Part shown: in pieces, positions 9,068 through 19,316 of the stretch | Layout of the letters: each line of letters starts with the position of its first letter | Position numbering within the stretch: position 1 is the stretch's first letter | Origin: an uncultured archaeon | GTDB taxonomy: Archaea > Asgardarchaeota > Lokiarchaeia > Sigyniarchaeales > SOKP01 | Direction of reading: 5' to 3' | DNA: 23,272 nucleotides | Assembly: GCA_964493715.1 (NCBI GenBank) | Contig: CAZBPC010000051.1 | Coordinates: 1-23,272, forward strand | The notes under the pieces: generated by a model | Told to the model about the DNA's origin: nothing | The model's database searches: none | Seen by the model: the letters and a program-made list of their open reading frames with translations, nothing else | Position numbers and translations under genes: made by a program

Positions 9068-9100
9068 TTACAAGCTTTTTTTGTAAAGTAAATATTACAA
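9068..9100. promoter_or_regulatory. Candidate operator: TTACAA-N7-TTGTAA-N8-TTACAA
   Basis: Overlapping inverted hexamers 17-49 nt upstream of the 9051 start, between it and a TATA-like element at about 9114-9122. Confidence 0.35.
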
Positions 9101-9349
9101 TAAATTTAAGACATTATATAATTTAAAAAACTAATTCTTAATAAATATTAAAAAAATTAGCTATTTAAAGCTTTATTAAATTTGGGATGATAGGTTTTAA
9201 CGTGTTATTCAAAATCATTCCAATATTTCGATATTACTAGGGTTTATGGATCCATGTATCATTTTTTCTTTGATTTATTAAATTCTTTATCATTTATCAA
9301 GAAACAAGGGCACTAATTCATTTATCAAGCTTACCTTGGTTTTCTTAAT

Positions 9350-9460
9350 ATGCACCAAAGAGGTACATCGGTTTTAGGGATTATAGCCCTAAAAAGTGCA
9401 ATTGGAGATTATAGTTGGAGTGGAGCTATTAATACATTCTTTGACGTAGATCCTGTGAGT
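9350..9460 (+). pseudogene. Remnant of a beta-lactamase-family serine hydrolase C-terminus
   Basis: AIGDYSWSGAINTFFDVDP resembles the GxYxWxGAxxTxFxIDP motif of EstB/class C-like serine hydrolases; no SxxK N-terminal half nearby. Confidence 0.45.
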
Positions 9461-9473
9461 CATCCTTCTTCTT

Positions 9474-10328
9474 TCACGGAATCTCAACACCCGGGACTTC
9501 AACATGTAAAAATTCAATTCTCCCACTTGATCTTTTGCCCTCTAAATATTGACTAGTGCAAAGAAAAAGAGTTCTTCCATCATCTCCACCCAGAGCGCAA
9601 GCATAAACATTTGTACCTTTTACTTTAATAGTAGAAGTGATTTCACCTCCCTCCAAAACACGTAAGACTTCTGCTTTGGATGGATTTGCAACCCAGATGG
9701 CGCCTTCTTCATCAAGACATATCCCATCTGGTGTAAAATCTTTAATTTCCGCCCAAATTCTTCGATTTATTAGATTTCCTGAATTATCAATATCAAAGGC
9801 AGTCAACTTACTTCCAAAAGTTTCTGCTACAATAAAAGTTTTACAATCGGGAGTCACAATACATCCATTGGGAAAAATAAGATTTTCTGCAACTATTCTT
9901 ACATCCCCTTCTTTTGTTACCAGGATGATGCTTGTGGGTTCAGCTGGGGATTCAAGGGACTTAGTGCCCCAATTTCCTATGTAAGTTCGTTCATGGATAT
10001 CAGTTACGGAGTCATTGCAGTTATATTCTGTAAATTTGCTTAAATCCGCATGAATTTTCAATCCTTCAGGATCTAAACGCATTAGGAAACGTCTTTGCAT
10101 TGAGACTATAAGCATCTTACCATCATTCAAAAAACCCAATCCCGACGGGGAATCCTGCAATTCTACTACAATTTCTGATTTAGCTTTTTCATCAACGGCA
10201 ATGACTTTTCTTCCAATAAAATCTGAAAAGAACAACTTTCTGTTCCGCCAACGAGGGCTCTCTGGAAATTCAAGACCAGACAATAATATTTTAGTCTCCA
10301 TTGTCATATTTATCAATTTGTTGCTCAT
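9474..10328 (-). CDS. SMP-30/gluconolactonase/LRE family beta-propeller
   Basis: LEFPESPRW, NCND, LIFPNG, TPDGICLDEEGAIWVA, ACALGGDDGRTLF. Confidence 0.93.
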   Translation of the reverse strand: MSNKLINMTMETKILLSGLEFPESPRWRNRKLFFSDFIGRKVIAVDEKAKSEIVVELQDSPSGLGFLNDGKMLIVSMQRRFLMRLDPEGLKIHADLSKFTEYNCNDSVTDIHERTYIGNWGTKSLESPAEPTSIILVTKEGDVRIVAENLIFPNGCIVTPDCKTFIVAETFGSKLTAFDIDNSGNLINRRIWAEIKDFTPDGICLDEEGAIWVANPSKAEVLRVLEGGEITSTIKVKGTNVYACALGGDDGRTLFLCTSQYLEGKRSSGRIEFLHVEVPGVEIP

Positions 10329-10653
10329 TTTAATAAAGTTACCTTTTTTATATATTCACCAAAACACTATTGAAAAAACATTCATAAAATTTTCCCATTC
10401 CACGGCATCTCAATCCATGCGGAAGTATTATCTCTAATATTTTTTCTTCTGTAATTTTCTTGGTTAAAATGGACACAAGTTTAACCTAACAAAGCGGGAA
10501 TTAATTGTTATTGTATAAAGTTTTATTATTTCAAAAATTCTATTTATAATTAATTCTGGACGGATAAAAAAGAAATTAAAAGAAAGCATGATGTAAAGCT
10601 TGGTCAAGATGTATTAGAGACCAATAATAGTTATCCAATTGGAGTTATTCTAA

Positions 10654-12021
10654 TTGGAGATATTGGAGATGCTAGATAACATGATAGATGAAGATTATGA
10701 TATAGTGATTATTGGATCAGGTTTGGGGGGATTAACAGCAGCAAGTCTCCTCTCCTGTAAGGGATTTAATACTCTTGTAGTGGAGAGTAGAAGTCGTATA
10801 GGAGGGCGATTTTCCACTTTTGAGTATGAAGGTTTCAAATTACCCACTGGTGCGATTCTTATCCCAGATGGGTGGGTGGTAAAATTACTTGAGGAGATGG
10901 GAATCAGAACTGAAAATTTAAGACCAATAACACGAGTTTATTATAGAATTGATGGTGAAAGTTATGAAATCCCATCTGAAATAGGAGTACCAAAAGCACT
11001 TGATATAATAGATAAGCTTGAAAGAAAGGAAGCTGAAGAGAAGAAGCGCTCAACGAATCCTGTCGAATTAAGTAAGATTATGCGTGGTTATTATAAAAAA
11101 TTGCTGGGAATAAATCAAGAAGAAATTATAACTGTTCGAGATTGGCTTCTTCAATATACTGAGAATGAAAAAGTGCACGATGCTTTTGATACACTCTGTA
11201 CAGGATTGATGATGGCTCATTCTTGGGAGCTACCTGTCTCAAAATTTTTCCTCTTCCAAGAAATGAGTAAATTTTACATATCACCTGACGGAAACCTCAA
11301 CATAGCACAAGAACTTGCTAAAGTAGTTGAGAAAAATGGTGCTGTATGGACTAATTCCCCAGCAAGGAAAATAATTGTCAAAGAGGGAAAAGTTACAAGT
11401 GTAATTGTTGAAAAAGCAGGAAAAGAAATTGAAATAAGATGTAAGATGGTTATTAGTAATACAGGAGTTAAATCGACAGTAAATCTAGCAGGAAAAGAAA
11501 ATTTTGATAAGGAATATCTTGAACAGGTGCGTATTAAACTCCGACCAAGTCCATGTTTATTGGTTCTAGTCGCAAGTGATAAGCCTCTGTGCTTGGAAGG
11601 AATACATGATGGATTGGAAATAATAATGGGATCGCGAAGAATTAAGACTGTTATCCCTATTAGTAATATCTGTCCCGAACTTGTCCCATCGGGGCAACAT
11701 CTTATGTACACTTCAGCTAAGTCCGAATCGACCCTCCATCCTATGGATATAAAATACGAAATGCAACAAGTTAAAAGTGATATTAAAGCGTTTTTTCCAG
11801 ATTTCAAAAAGCACGGTCGGATTTTAAAAATGAGAGCATGCGGTATTATCAATGAATGGCCTGAAGGTCGAACTTGGCTTGGTTATGGTATGCCATTAGA
11901 GACGCCGATATCTAATCTATTTAACGTAGGAGATTCATGCATCGCTCCAGGTCTTATAGGAACTCCTGGTTCTGTAGAAAGTGGTTACCGGGTGGTTGAT
12001 AGTGTTGAAAAATTATTATAA
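10654..12021 (+). CDS. FAD-dependent oxidoreductase, phytoene dehydrogenase-like (true start probably ATG 10669 or 10681)
   Basis: YDIVIIGSGLGGLTAA...VVE...IGGRF...GFKLPTGA Rossmann and GG motifs; C-terminal TPISNLFNVGD...G..GSVESG. Confidence 0.88.
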   Translation: MEILEMLDNMIDEDYDIVIIGSGLGGLTAASLLSCKGFNTLVVESRSRIGGRFSTFEYEGFKLPTGAILIPDGWVVKLLEEMGIRTENLRPITRVYYRIDGESYEIPSEIGVPKALDIIDKLERKEAEEKKRSTNPVELSKIMRGYYKKLLGINQEEIITVRDWLLQYTENEKVHDAFDTLCTGLMMAHSWELPVSKFFLFQEMSKFYISPDGNLNIAQELAKVVEKNGAVWTNSPARKIIVKEGKVTSVIVEKAGKEIEIRCKMVISNTGVKSTVNLAGKENFDKEYLEQVRIKLRPSPCLLVLVASDKPLCLEGIHDGLEIIMGSRRIKTVIPISNICPELVPSGQHLMYTSAKSESTLHPMDIKYEMQQVKSDIKAFFPDFKKHGRILKMRACGIINEWPEGRTWLGYGMPLETPISNLFNVGDSCIAPGLIGTPGSVESGYRVVDSVEKLL

Positions 12022-12052
12022 TCCAATTTGAAGAAATAAAAAATTTGATTTT

Positions 12053-13177
12053 ATGGACATTAGTGATCTTAAGATAGGAAGAGAGGGAACATTTATACCC
12101 CCATTTAAAAGTAATATCGCCACAGTTAAAAGTTATGAAAATGAGGGGTATGATTCCATATTTTTTGCCGATCATATCTTAAATTGGATACCGGAATCTA
12201 TATGGACTCCAGATATTACTGATCTTGCTAATATTTATCCCAGTCCCCATCTAATATATGATGTTTTTACTATGATGACTGTTGCTGCCTTAAACACAAA
12301 AAAGATTTACCTCGGAACAGGAGTAACCGAAGCTTTTAGAAGGAATCCCGCGGTACTTGCGCAAACCTTTCTGACTTTAGATGAATTATCCAGAGGGAGA
12401 TCAATATTGGGGATAGGAGCGGGTGAAAAAGCAAATACCGTTCCCTACGGAATTAAATGGGAAAAGCCTGTAAGTAGATTAGAAGAAGCCGTTATAATTA
12501 TTAGAAAATTATGGGAAAATGATGAAGAAATAAATTATGATGGAAATATTTGGAAGTTAGAAAATGCCCTCCTCAGATTAAATCCTTTTAAAAAAGGAAA
12601 ATTTCCCCCAGTATGGATTGCCGCTCGTGGTAACAGAATGCTAGATATAACCAGCAGATTAGGTGATGGTTGGTTACCTATATTTTTAAAACCAGAAGTT
12701 TATAAAGAAAAACTAAGGATTCTTCGAAAATACACGCTGAAAGCAGGTAGAAATGTGGATGAGATTACTCCTGCAGTTATTTTGGGAGTTATCACTGATG
12801 AGAATAGTGAAGAAGTCGATAAAATGCTCAAAAATCCAATTACAAAAAATAATTTAATGACGTTATATCATGAAGATTTCAAGCCATATGGATTATCACA
12901 TCCTCTTGGAGAAAATATTGATGGGACTTTAGAATTTATTCCTACACATTACGATAAAGAGTCATTGCTGCAAACAATTGAAAAGATCCCTGATAAAATG
13001 TGTCATGATTTTTACTTAAATGGTAGTCCTGATGAAATTATTGGTCAAATTGAAAATTATGGCAAAGTTGGTGCAAAACATATAATTCTATTTAATGTTT
13101 CAATATTATGTGGTCTTAAATATATTCCAAGTTCAAATAAATGCATGAAAAAAATAATTACATATTTTAAAAACTAA
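12053..13177 (+). CDS. LLM-class (probably F420-dependent) oxidoreductase, phthiodiolone-ketoreductase-like
   Basis: GYDSIFFADH, LGTGVTEAFRRNPAVLAQTFLTLD, ILGIGAGEKANTVPYG, PPVWIAARGNRML...GDGWLP. Confidence 0.88.
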   Translation: MDISDLKIGREGTFIPPFKSNIATVKSYENEGYDSIFFADHILNWIPESIWTPDITDLANIYPSPHLIYDVFTMMTVAALNTKKIYLGTGVTEAFRRNPAVLAQTFLTLDELSRGRSILGIGAGEKANTVPYGIKWEKPVSRLEEAVIIIRKLWENDEEINYDGNIWKLENALLRLNPFKKGKFPPVWIAARGNRMLDITSRLGDGWLPIFLKPEVYKEKLRILRKYTLKAGRNVDEITPAVILGVITDENSEEVDKMLKNPITKNNLMTLYHEDFKPYGLSHPLGENIDGTLEFIPTHYDKESLLQTIEKIPDKMCHDFYLNGSPDEIIGQIENYGKVGAKHIILFNVSILCGLKYIPSSNKCMKKIITYFKN

Positions 13178-13235
13178 TGAATTAGGCGTTCTTCTCCAAA
13201 ACATTCTATAAAAATTAAAAAATTATTAGATAAAT

Positions 13236-14165
13236 ATGCCAATAACCTCTCAAAAAATTGATGTTCACCATCACATTGTACCTAAAGAATACCTTGCCGC
13301 TTTAGCCTCAATAGGCATTAAAAATGCTGTTGGTGAACCTTTCCCACAGTGGGATATTGAAAATACTATTGCTTTTATGGATAGACAAGGGATAGCTATA
13401 GCAATTAATTCAATCTCTGCACCAGGTATTTATTTTGGAGATAATGATTTTACTCAAAAATTAGCACGCAAATGTAATGAAATCTCTGCTCGTATTGTGA
13501 ATGAATACCCAAATCGCTTTGGTACGTTTGCTATTTTACCCCTACCAGATATAGAGGCATCCATAGTTGAATTGGAGTATGCTCTAGATACCTTAAAACT
13601 TGATGGGGTGGTTTTACTTTCAAATTTTGGGGGTATATACATCGGAGATGCCCATTATGATGATCTTTTTTATGAGCTAAATCGCAGGAAAGCTGTGGTT
13701 TTTGTACATCCAAGCGTACCTCCTTTAGATACATTACCCATGATAATAAAACCCGCAATTTTAGAATTCGTTTTTGATACCACAAGAGCAATTGTTAATC
13801 TTATACATAGAGGAGCGACAAAACGCTTTCCGGATATAAGTTTTATTTTTTCGCATGGAGGAGGAACTGTTCCCTTTATAACGTGGAGAATTACTTTTGG
13901 AAATAATAAGATCATTAATCAGTTAAAACGCTTTTATTATGATACAGCAGTGTCAGCAACCCCCTATACATTAAGTTCCCTGCTGAGTTTAGTGGAACCA
14001 ACGCAAGTATTATATGGGAGTGATTATCCATTTTTGCCCGAAAGGGTTGTAAAACTAATGAATGAAGGTCTTCAAAATTATGATTTTGAAAGAGAAACCC
14101 TCACGAAAATTGTCCAGCAAAATGCAGTTACTTTATTTCCAAGGTTTAAAGAAATTATATTTTAA
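13236..14165 (+). CDS. Amidohydrolase_2 family (6-methylsalicylate decarboxylase/ACMSD-like)
   Basis: IDVHHH, VFVHP, FSHGGGTVPF, YYDTA and LYGSDYPF metal-binding motifs. Confidence 0.9.
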   Translation: MPITSQKIDVHHHIVPKEYLAALASIGIKNAVGEPFPQWDIENTIAFMDRQGIAIAINSISAPGIYFGDNDFTQKLARKCNEISARIVNEYPNRFGTFAILPLPDIEASIVELEYALDTLKLDGVVLLSNFGGIYIGDAHYDDLFYELNRRKAVVFVHPSVPPLDTLPMIIKPAILEFVFDTTRAIVNLIHRGATKRFPDISFIFSHGGGTVPFITWRITFGNNKIINQLKRFYYDTAVSATPYTLSSLLSLVEPTQVLYGSDYPFLPERVVKLMNEGLQNYDFERETLTKIVQQNAVTLFPRFKEIIF

Positions 14166-14355
14166 AAAATTTTATTTTTCGATTCTCCAAAACCTTTCAA
14201 TCTTGTTATGTTTTCTTACATTTTTTCAAGAGAATTTGCATTGAAATCTGAGGATAAGTTACTAAGTTATTCTGGTATAAAATTCAATAAATTTTAATGA
14301 GCCTTCGAACAAATAGAATATTTATACGTAAAATTGAAAAGAAATTTTATTAGAT

Positions 14356-15231
14356 TTATTCTCTAATCAGTCTCTGATATTTAACTATATTGACAATTGT
14401 CAATATACTTGAGATAAGGATTATAACTCCTCTTCCTATTTCAATGAGATATTGTCTTAAGTGATGCATATAGTAGAAAATTAGTACATCATTGTGTGTT
14501 CCACTAATATAAGATACAACTATTGGCATAAAAGCACAATTTCTAAGAATATAAAATAATACTGAAGCAAATATACCAATTAGTGCAAAAATGAAAATAA
14601 TTTTGATGTAATTTTCATGATATATAAAAGAAAATATTTTGGGAAAATGGGCGTCTGTATTCTGAAGATGATACAATCTTATCAAAATGAAGAGTGAGAA
14701 GATCAGAACAATCGAGCATGTAATTAAGTTAAAAATTGCTTGAGGAATGCTACTAACAAATATATAATAATCCATAGTTGAGCCTACTGCTGTATAAATG
14801 AAAGTATTTACCCATTGTAACAAATGAAAAGTATACATGATAATTCCAAACAGAGAAGTTCCTAACAAAATTAATCTTTTTTCATCATCTATGTGAAAAG
14901 CAAATAATTTATTTTTCTCATCTGAACGAAAAAATTTATTCTGATATAAATATATTTTAATGAGTACGTATAAACACAAGATTACTATTACCAGTTGACC
15001 CAATACAAAAAATCCAATTAATGGGCCATAAGTAAATAATAATTCAATGAATTGTGAAGGAGAGAGTGATCCTGTGAAATAAATGAAATACATCAAATAA
15101 TCTGAAGTTCTGAATAAACCGATTGGTAATCCAAATAGAGCAATGATAAATAGGTAGAATCGATATTTTTCATCTAAGTTGATTCCAAAAATCCTAAAAT
15201 TATCTATAAATGGAAAATTGTCTTTATCCAT
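14356..15231 (-). CDS. Multi-pass membrane protein built from three internal repeats
   Basis: About 6 TM segments; repeats begin at RIFG (aa 13), KLFA (aa 108) and KIFS (aa 198). Confidence 0.8.
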   Translation of the reverse strand: MDKDNFPFIDNFRIFGINLDEKYRFYLFIIALFGLPIGLFRTSDYLMYFIYFTGSLSPSQFIELLFTYGPLIGFFVLGQLVIVILCLYVLIKIYLYQNKFFRSDEKNKLFAFHIDDEKRLILLGTSLFGIIMYTFHLLQWVNTFIYTAVGSTMDYYIFVSSIPQAIFNLITCSIVLIFSLFILIRLYHLQNTDAHFPKIFSFIYHENYIKIIFIFALIGIFASVLFYILRNCAFMPIVVSYISGTHNDVLIFYYMHHLRQYLIEIGRGVIILISSILTIVNIVKYQRLIRE

Positions 15232-15659
15232 AATGATTAATAAATTATTTTTTATGAATATAAATATTATTAATCTCCTCTAGTGTTAATTCCCACATCA
15301 ATATCTATATCATGTATTAATTGAAAAAGTGATTCTACTACCACGCCCGCTTAATCGAACAATGCAATACTAGTATTTTAATCTTGTCCTAATTTTTTTT
15401 GCTCCTATATTAGTGTAGTTTTCACTAAAATTCCTTCAAAATCTGACTCTGAATTTACCTTTCCATCCAATTTTCACAGAAAATTGACACAAAATTTAAA
15501 AAGACTCGAATCTTGTGTCTCTTAAAATGGAGGAAAATACAAATATAGCATGATCCTTGAATTTGAGTCTTCTGAATTTAAATCTTTTTAAATTGTCATA
15601 AAATCTAAATATATCATTGACTATGTTAATCCTTATATAATAAAAAAATGTGATTACAT

Positions 15660-16175
15660 ATGGCTAGTGGAAAAGGAATCGCGTATGCGGGATTAATTTT
15701 AGGATTAATTGGTGCTGGTTTAGGAGGATATGTATTTTTCGATTATACTATAGCTCCAATGTTAGGTTTGACTGAAAATCCTACTGAAGTAACTGAAGTT
15801 AATTCTTATTATGCTGAAAAATATAGTGCTACATTATCCTCGACGGGTTCTTATTTACCTCTTCCTGAGGTTAAAGTCTCATTTGAAACGACCAAAACTG
15901 TCAGTCTGCATATATTATATACTTCTTATGTTAGGATCATAACTTCTTTAGGTAGTAGCGTATTTATAAATATACGTCTAAATAGTACTACAATAACAGA
16001 TGATTATTACATAGAGAAGTTAAATGTTGCGCCTCAAGAACGATTTGCTGTCAACATGCAAAGCTATAACGCCGCTCTTCCTGCAGGAAGTTATAATGTA
16101 ACAGTATGGGCAATAGTGGATGCCACATCAACTATTTTTTACATGAATTCGCTTTACGTGCAACTAAATACCTAA
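15660..16175 (+). CDS. N-terminally anchored surface protein with a beta-rich domain
   Basis: Gly-rich TM GIAYAGLILGLIGAGLGGYVFF; beta-strand-rich C-domain ending LPAGSYNVTVW; NxT sequons. Confidence 0.8.
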   Translation: MASGKGIAYAGLILGLIGAGLGGYVFFDYTIAPMLGLTENPTEVTEVNSYYAEKYSATLSSTGSYLPLPEVKVSFETTKTVSLHILYTSYVRIITSLGSSVFINIRLNSTTITDDYYIEKLNVAPQERFAVNMQSYNAALPAGSYNVTVWAIVDATSTIFYMNSLYVQLNT

Positions 16176-16213
16176 TAACTTCTTCTTCTCTTTTTTTTAT
16201 TCTCTCTTTTTTA
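16176..16213 (+). terminator. Pyrimidine/oligo-T terminator
   Basis: T8 and T6 runs directly after the stop of 15660..16175. Confidence 0.45.
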
Positions 16214-16367
16214 GACTTATTATGATTTACCCATTCGATCATTTTTGATTGAGAAATTTGATTAGTTAAATTGAATTTTTCAAATGATCACGAAATGATG
16301 ATGGGATGGAATTCCAACCTTTGAATGAAAAAGCGTAATTCTTAAATTTTTCAGTATATTTTGATAG

Positions 16368-16379
16368 TTATATATAAAG
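16368..16379 (+). promoter_or_regulatory. Candidate TATA box of the thermosome gene
   Basis: TTATATATAAAG about 60 nt upstream of the ATG; GGTGA SD at 16426-16430. Confidence 0.5.
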
Positions 16380-16438
16380 ATGTTCAAATCATAATAAAAT
16401 TTAAATTGAGGAATTTAACTAAAATGGTGAATAGATAA

Positions 16439-18133
16439 ATGTGTGCACAACTTGGCGGACAACCGATTTTCATAATGAAAGAGGGAACTCAAAGAACCCG
16501 TGGTAAAGATGCAATGGAAAATAACATTGCTGCTGCGAAAGTAATTGCTGAGGCAGTCCGAACATCACTAGGTCCAATGGGCATGGATAAAATGCTCGTC
16601 GATCAATTCGGCGATGTAGTCATCACCAACGATGGTGCTACAATTTTAAAAGAAATCGACGTGCAACATCCTGCTGCAAAAATGATGGTAGAAGTCGCGA
16701 AAACTCAGGATTCTGAAGTTGGAGATGGTACCACGACCAGCGTGATTATCGCAGGAGAATTATTAAAGCGGGCGGAAAAGCTCTTACAACAGAAAATTCA
16801 TCCAACAGTGATTTCTGAAGGATTTAGAAAAGCCGCTGATAAAGCAGTCGAGATCTTGGAAGAAATTTCCATTAAAAGTGGTATTGATGACTTGGAGGGC
16901 TTAAAAAATTGCGCAATGACTTGCATGTCGAGCAAGATTGTCTCTGAATCAAAAGCCATGCTTGCTGATATTTGCATTCAAGCAATTAAAGCTATAGCCG
17001 AAAAAGGCGATAATGGTAAATGGACCGCTGACATCGAGAAAGTTCAGATTCAAAAGAAAGAAGGCGAAAGCATTGATGATACCAAATTAATCAAGGGCAT
17101 CATCCTTGACAAGGAAGTTGTAAGTCCAGGAATGCCTAAATCCATAAAAGATGCTAAAATTCTATTATTACAAAGCGCTATCGAGATCGAAAAAACAGAA
17201 TTCGACGCAAAACTCCAAATCACGAGCCCAGACCAAATCCAACAATTCTTGGATGAAGAAGAACACATGCTTCGAACCATGGTTGAAAAGATCGTGAACT
17301 CTGGAGCAAATGTTCTAGTTTGTCAAAAAGGAATTGATGATTTAGCTCAACATTTCTTATCCAAAGCTGGCGTGATGGCAGTCAGGAGAGTCAAGAAATC
17401 CGATATCGAAAAGCTTTCCAAAGCAACCGGTGGAATGGTTTATACGAACCTTGATGATATTACCACTGCTAAATTAGGATACGCTGGATTGGTCGAAGAA
17501 CGAAAGATCATGAATGATAGCTGGATTTTCATCGAAGAATGCAAGGAACCAAAATCAGTCGTGATTTTAATTCGCGGTGGAACTGAATTAATCATCGATG
17601 AAGTCGAAAGAGCAATTCACGATACTCTTTGCGTCATTCGAGATGTGGTTCAAGATGAAAAAGTCGTTGGAGGCGGTGGCGCTCCAGAAATCGAAACTGC
17701 CATCCGATTGCGAAAATATGCCTCAACCTTAGGCGGTCGTGAGCAATTAGCCGTCGAAGTTTTTGCTGACAGCCTCGATATCATCCCAAAAACACTCGCA
17801 GAAAATTCAGGACTCGACCAAATTGACATCCTAATGCAATTACGAGCCGCACATCAAGCAGGCAACAAATTTGCTGGATATGATATGGATGCTGGTAAAG
17901 TCATAAATAACATGATGGATAGTGGTGTAGTAGAACCAACAATTGTCAAGATTCAAGCCATCAAGAGCTCATCAGAAGCCGCTAGCATGATTCTCAGAAT
18001 CGATGATGTCATCGCAGGCGCCAAATCTGCCGGACCCCCAGGTGGAATGCCTCCTGGTATGCCGCCGGGGATGGGAGGCATGGGTGGTGGTATGCCTGGT
18101 GGTATGGGTGGCTATCCTGGTATGGATTACTAA
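16439..18133 (+). CDS. ths: Thermosome (group II chaperonin) subunit
   Basis: [43 protein letters not shown]-rich tail; alpha/beta assignment cannot be made by eye. Confidence 0.98.
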   Translation: MCAQLGGQPIFIMKEGTQRTRGKDAMENNIAAAKVIAEAVRTSLGPMGMDKMLVDQFGDVVITNDGATILKEIDVQHPAAKMMVEVAKTQDSEVGDGTTTSVIIAGELLKRAEKLLQQKIHPTVISEGFRKAADKAVEILEEISIKSGIDDLEGLKNCAMTCMSSKIVSESKAMLADICIQAIKAIAEKGDNGKWTADIEKVQIQKKEGESIDDTKLIKGIILDKEVVSPGMPKSIKDAKILLLQSAIEIEKTEFDAKLQITSPDQIQQFLDEEEHMLRTMVEKIVNSGANVLVCQKGIDDLAQHFLSKAGVMAVRRVKKSDIEKLSKATGGMVYTNLDDITTAKLGYAGLVEERKIMNDSWIFIEECKEPKSVVILIRGGTELIIDEVERAIHDTLCVIRDVVQDEKVVGGGGAPEIETAIRLRKYASTLGGREQLAVEVFADSLDIIPKTLAENSGLDQIDILMQLRAAHQAGNKFAGYDMDAGKVINNMMDSGVVEPTIVKIQAIKSSSEAASMILRIDDVIAGAKSAGPPGGMPPGMPPGMGGMGGGMPGGMGGYPGMDY

Positions 18134-18198
18134 AATCTTATATCTTTTTTATTTATTTTTTCTTTCTATTATTCTTTTAATTTTTTAGAGATATTTTG
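18097..18198 (+). repeat. Direct repeat copy 1: thermosome 3' end plus oligo-T terminator
   Basis: 18145-18198 is identical (54/54) to 20758-20811; 18097-18133 matches 20714-20750 at 32/37. Confidence 0.95.
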
Positions 18199-18447
18199 AG
18201 AACTTTCACATTCAGGAATTTCAATCTCGCTTAATAATTTTTTAAATTCTTCCTTGGATTCTTTTTAATTGACAAATTATTTTAGAACAATTAATTCAAT
18301 AAAAGATTGGATTGCAGAACAAAAAGAGTTACACGAAAAGTTGGGATTTTAATCAATAGGATATTTTATTACTTTTTCTATTCTTCAATTTTTTTCTATT
18401 AAATTAAAAAAAAGTTAAAATTTGAAAGTTGTTTACGTTCAATTCTT

Positions 18448-18777
18448 CTATTCTGGTGGTTTTTGTCCTATCGACGAATAAGCTTCTTCTACGGTCGACC
18501 AAACTTCTATTGTATATTCAAAGCCTGCAATAGACATGGCAAATAAATTAGCGATAGACTGCATGCGAAAGTAGGCTTCCTCAAGTTTTCCTTTATTTAC
18601 ATGAAGAATAGATATGGTTTTTGCACCTTCCTTCGTTGATTTAATAGCATTTCCAGGTGTTAAATCTACACCTAATGACTCATCAGGGGGGAATTTTTTA
18701 TTTGATTCGATAACTTTTTTTATTACTTCACCTGATTTGTCGCTAGGCCATTTTGTGAAAGTAAATAAATATGGCAT
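18448..18777 (-). CDS. Small hypothetical protein (DUF3303/GYD-like)
   Basis: Clean ORF with GAGGT SD on the minus strand; MPY..WP..K..EV.KK...FPPDESLG...IEVW.TVEEA pattern recalled from expanded archaeal small-protein families. Confidence 0.7.
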   Translation of the reverse strand: MPYLFTFTKWPSDKSGEVIKKVIESNKKFPPDESLGVDLTPGNAIKSTKEGAKTISILHVNKGKLEEAYFRMQSIANLFAMSIAGFEYTIEVWSTVEEAYSSIGQKPPE

Positions 18778-19316
18778 ATTTTATACCTCTTTTCTATTAC
18801 TCAATTTAAATGAATTTTTGAGTTAGTTTTTAAATCAGATTTCGTTGTGATTAATAATTAGTTTAGAAGGTATTTAAAATTTATACGTACTTGTCAGAAA
18901 ATTGCATGGTCTATAAAAACTTCATAAAACTAGTTATTGTTTTACATTTTTTCTTTCTATTTTTCTAGTAATTTTTTACACATATTTTGGTAGAGCATAC
19001 ATCCAAAATTATCGATTCCATTAAATTATCACTCGGAAAAATATTTTCTCCCTATTCGTAGTTTAAAGCGAGTAAAAATGATATCTTAAAAGAATTCGGC
19101 ACGTTCAAATTTGGAGAAATCAGCAATTTATTATTAAGTGATTTTGAAAGAGCTCTAAATCTATTTTTTTATACTATTTAGATTATTTATTTTTTCCAAA
19201 TCTAAACAATTTTTCTAAATAAAGTATTCTATAAGCAAGAAACTTTAGATAACTTTCAAAATTGCTTTTTCGCTTTCTTTCGTGTTGCAAGACCTTTAAA
19301 AAAGATGATATAACTT

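Noticed and set aside
9637-14244. Overlapping ORFs including 11274..11852 (192 aa, minus strand)
   Set aside because: Antisense or alternative-frame shadows of conserved enzymes; no independent motifs
16301-16313. 13-nt inverted match ATGGGATGGAATT with 23205-23217
   Set aside because: Short, and the second copy lies inside a probable coding 3' end; compatible with chance
16294-16360. ATGATGA C-box-like motif upstream of the thermosome gene (possible C/D sRNA)
   Set aside because: No terminal CTGA D box at a suitable distance and no terminal stem
18030-18130. GGM/PPGM tandem repeats at the thermosome C-terminus
   Set aside because: Well-known chaperonin tail; only its duplication is notable
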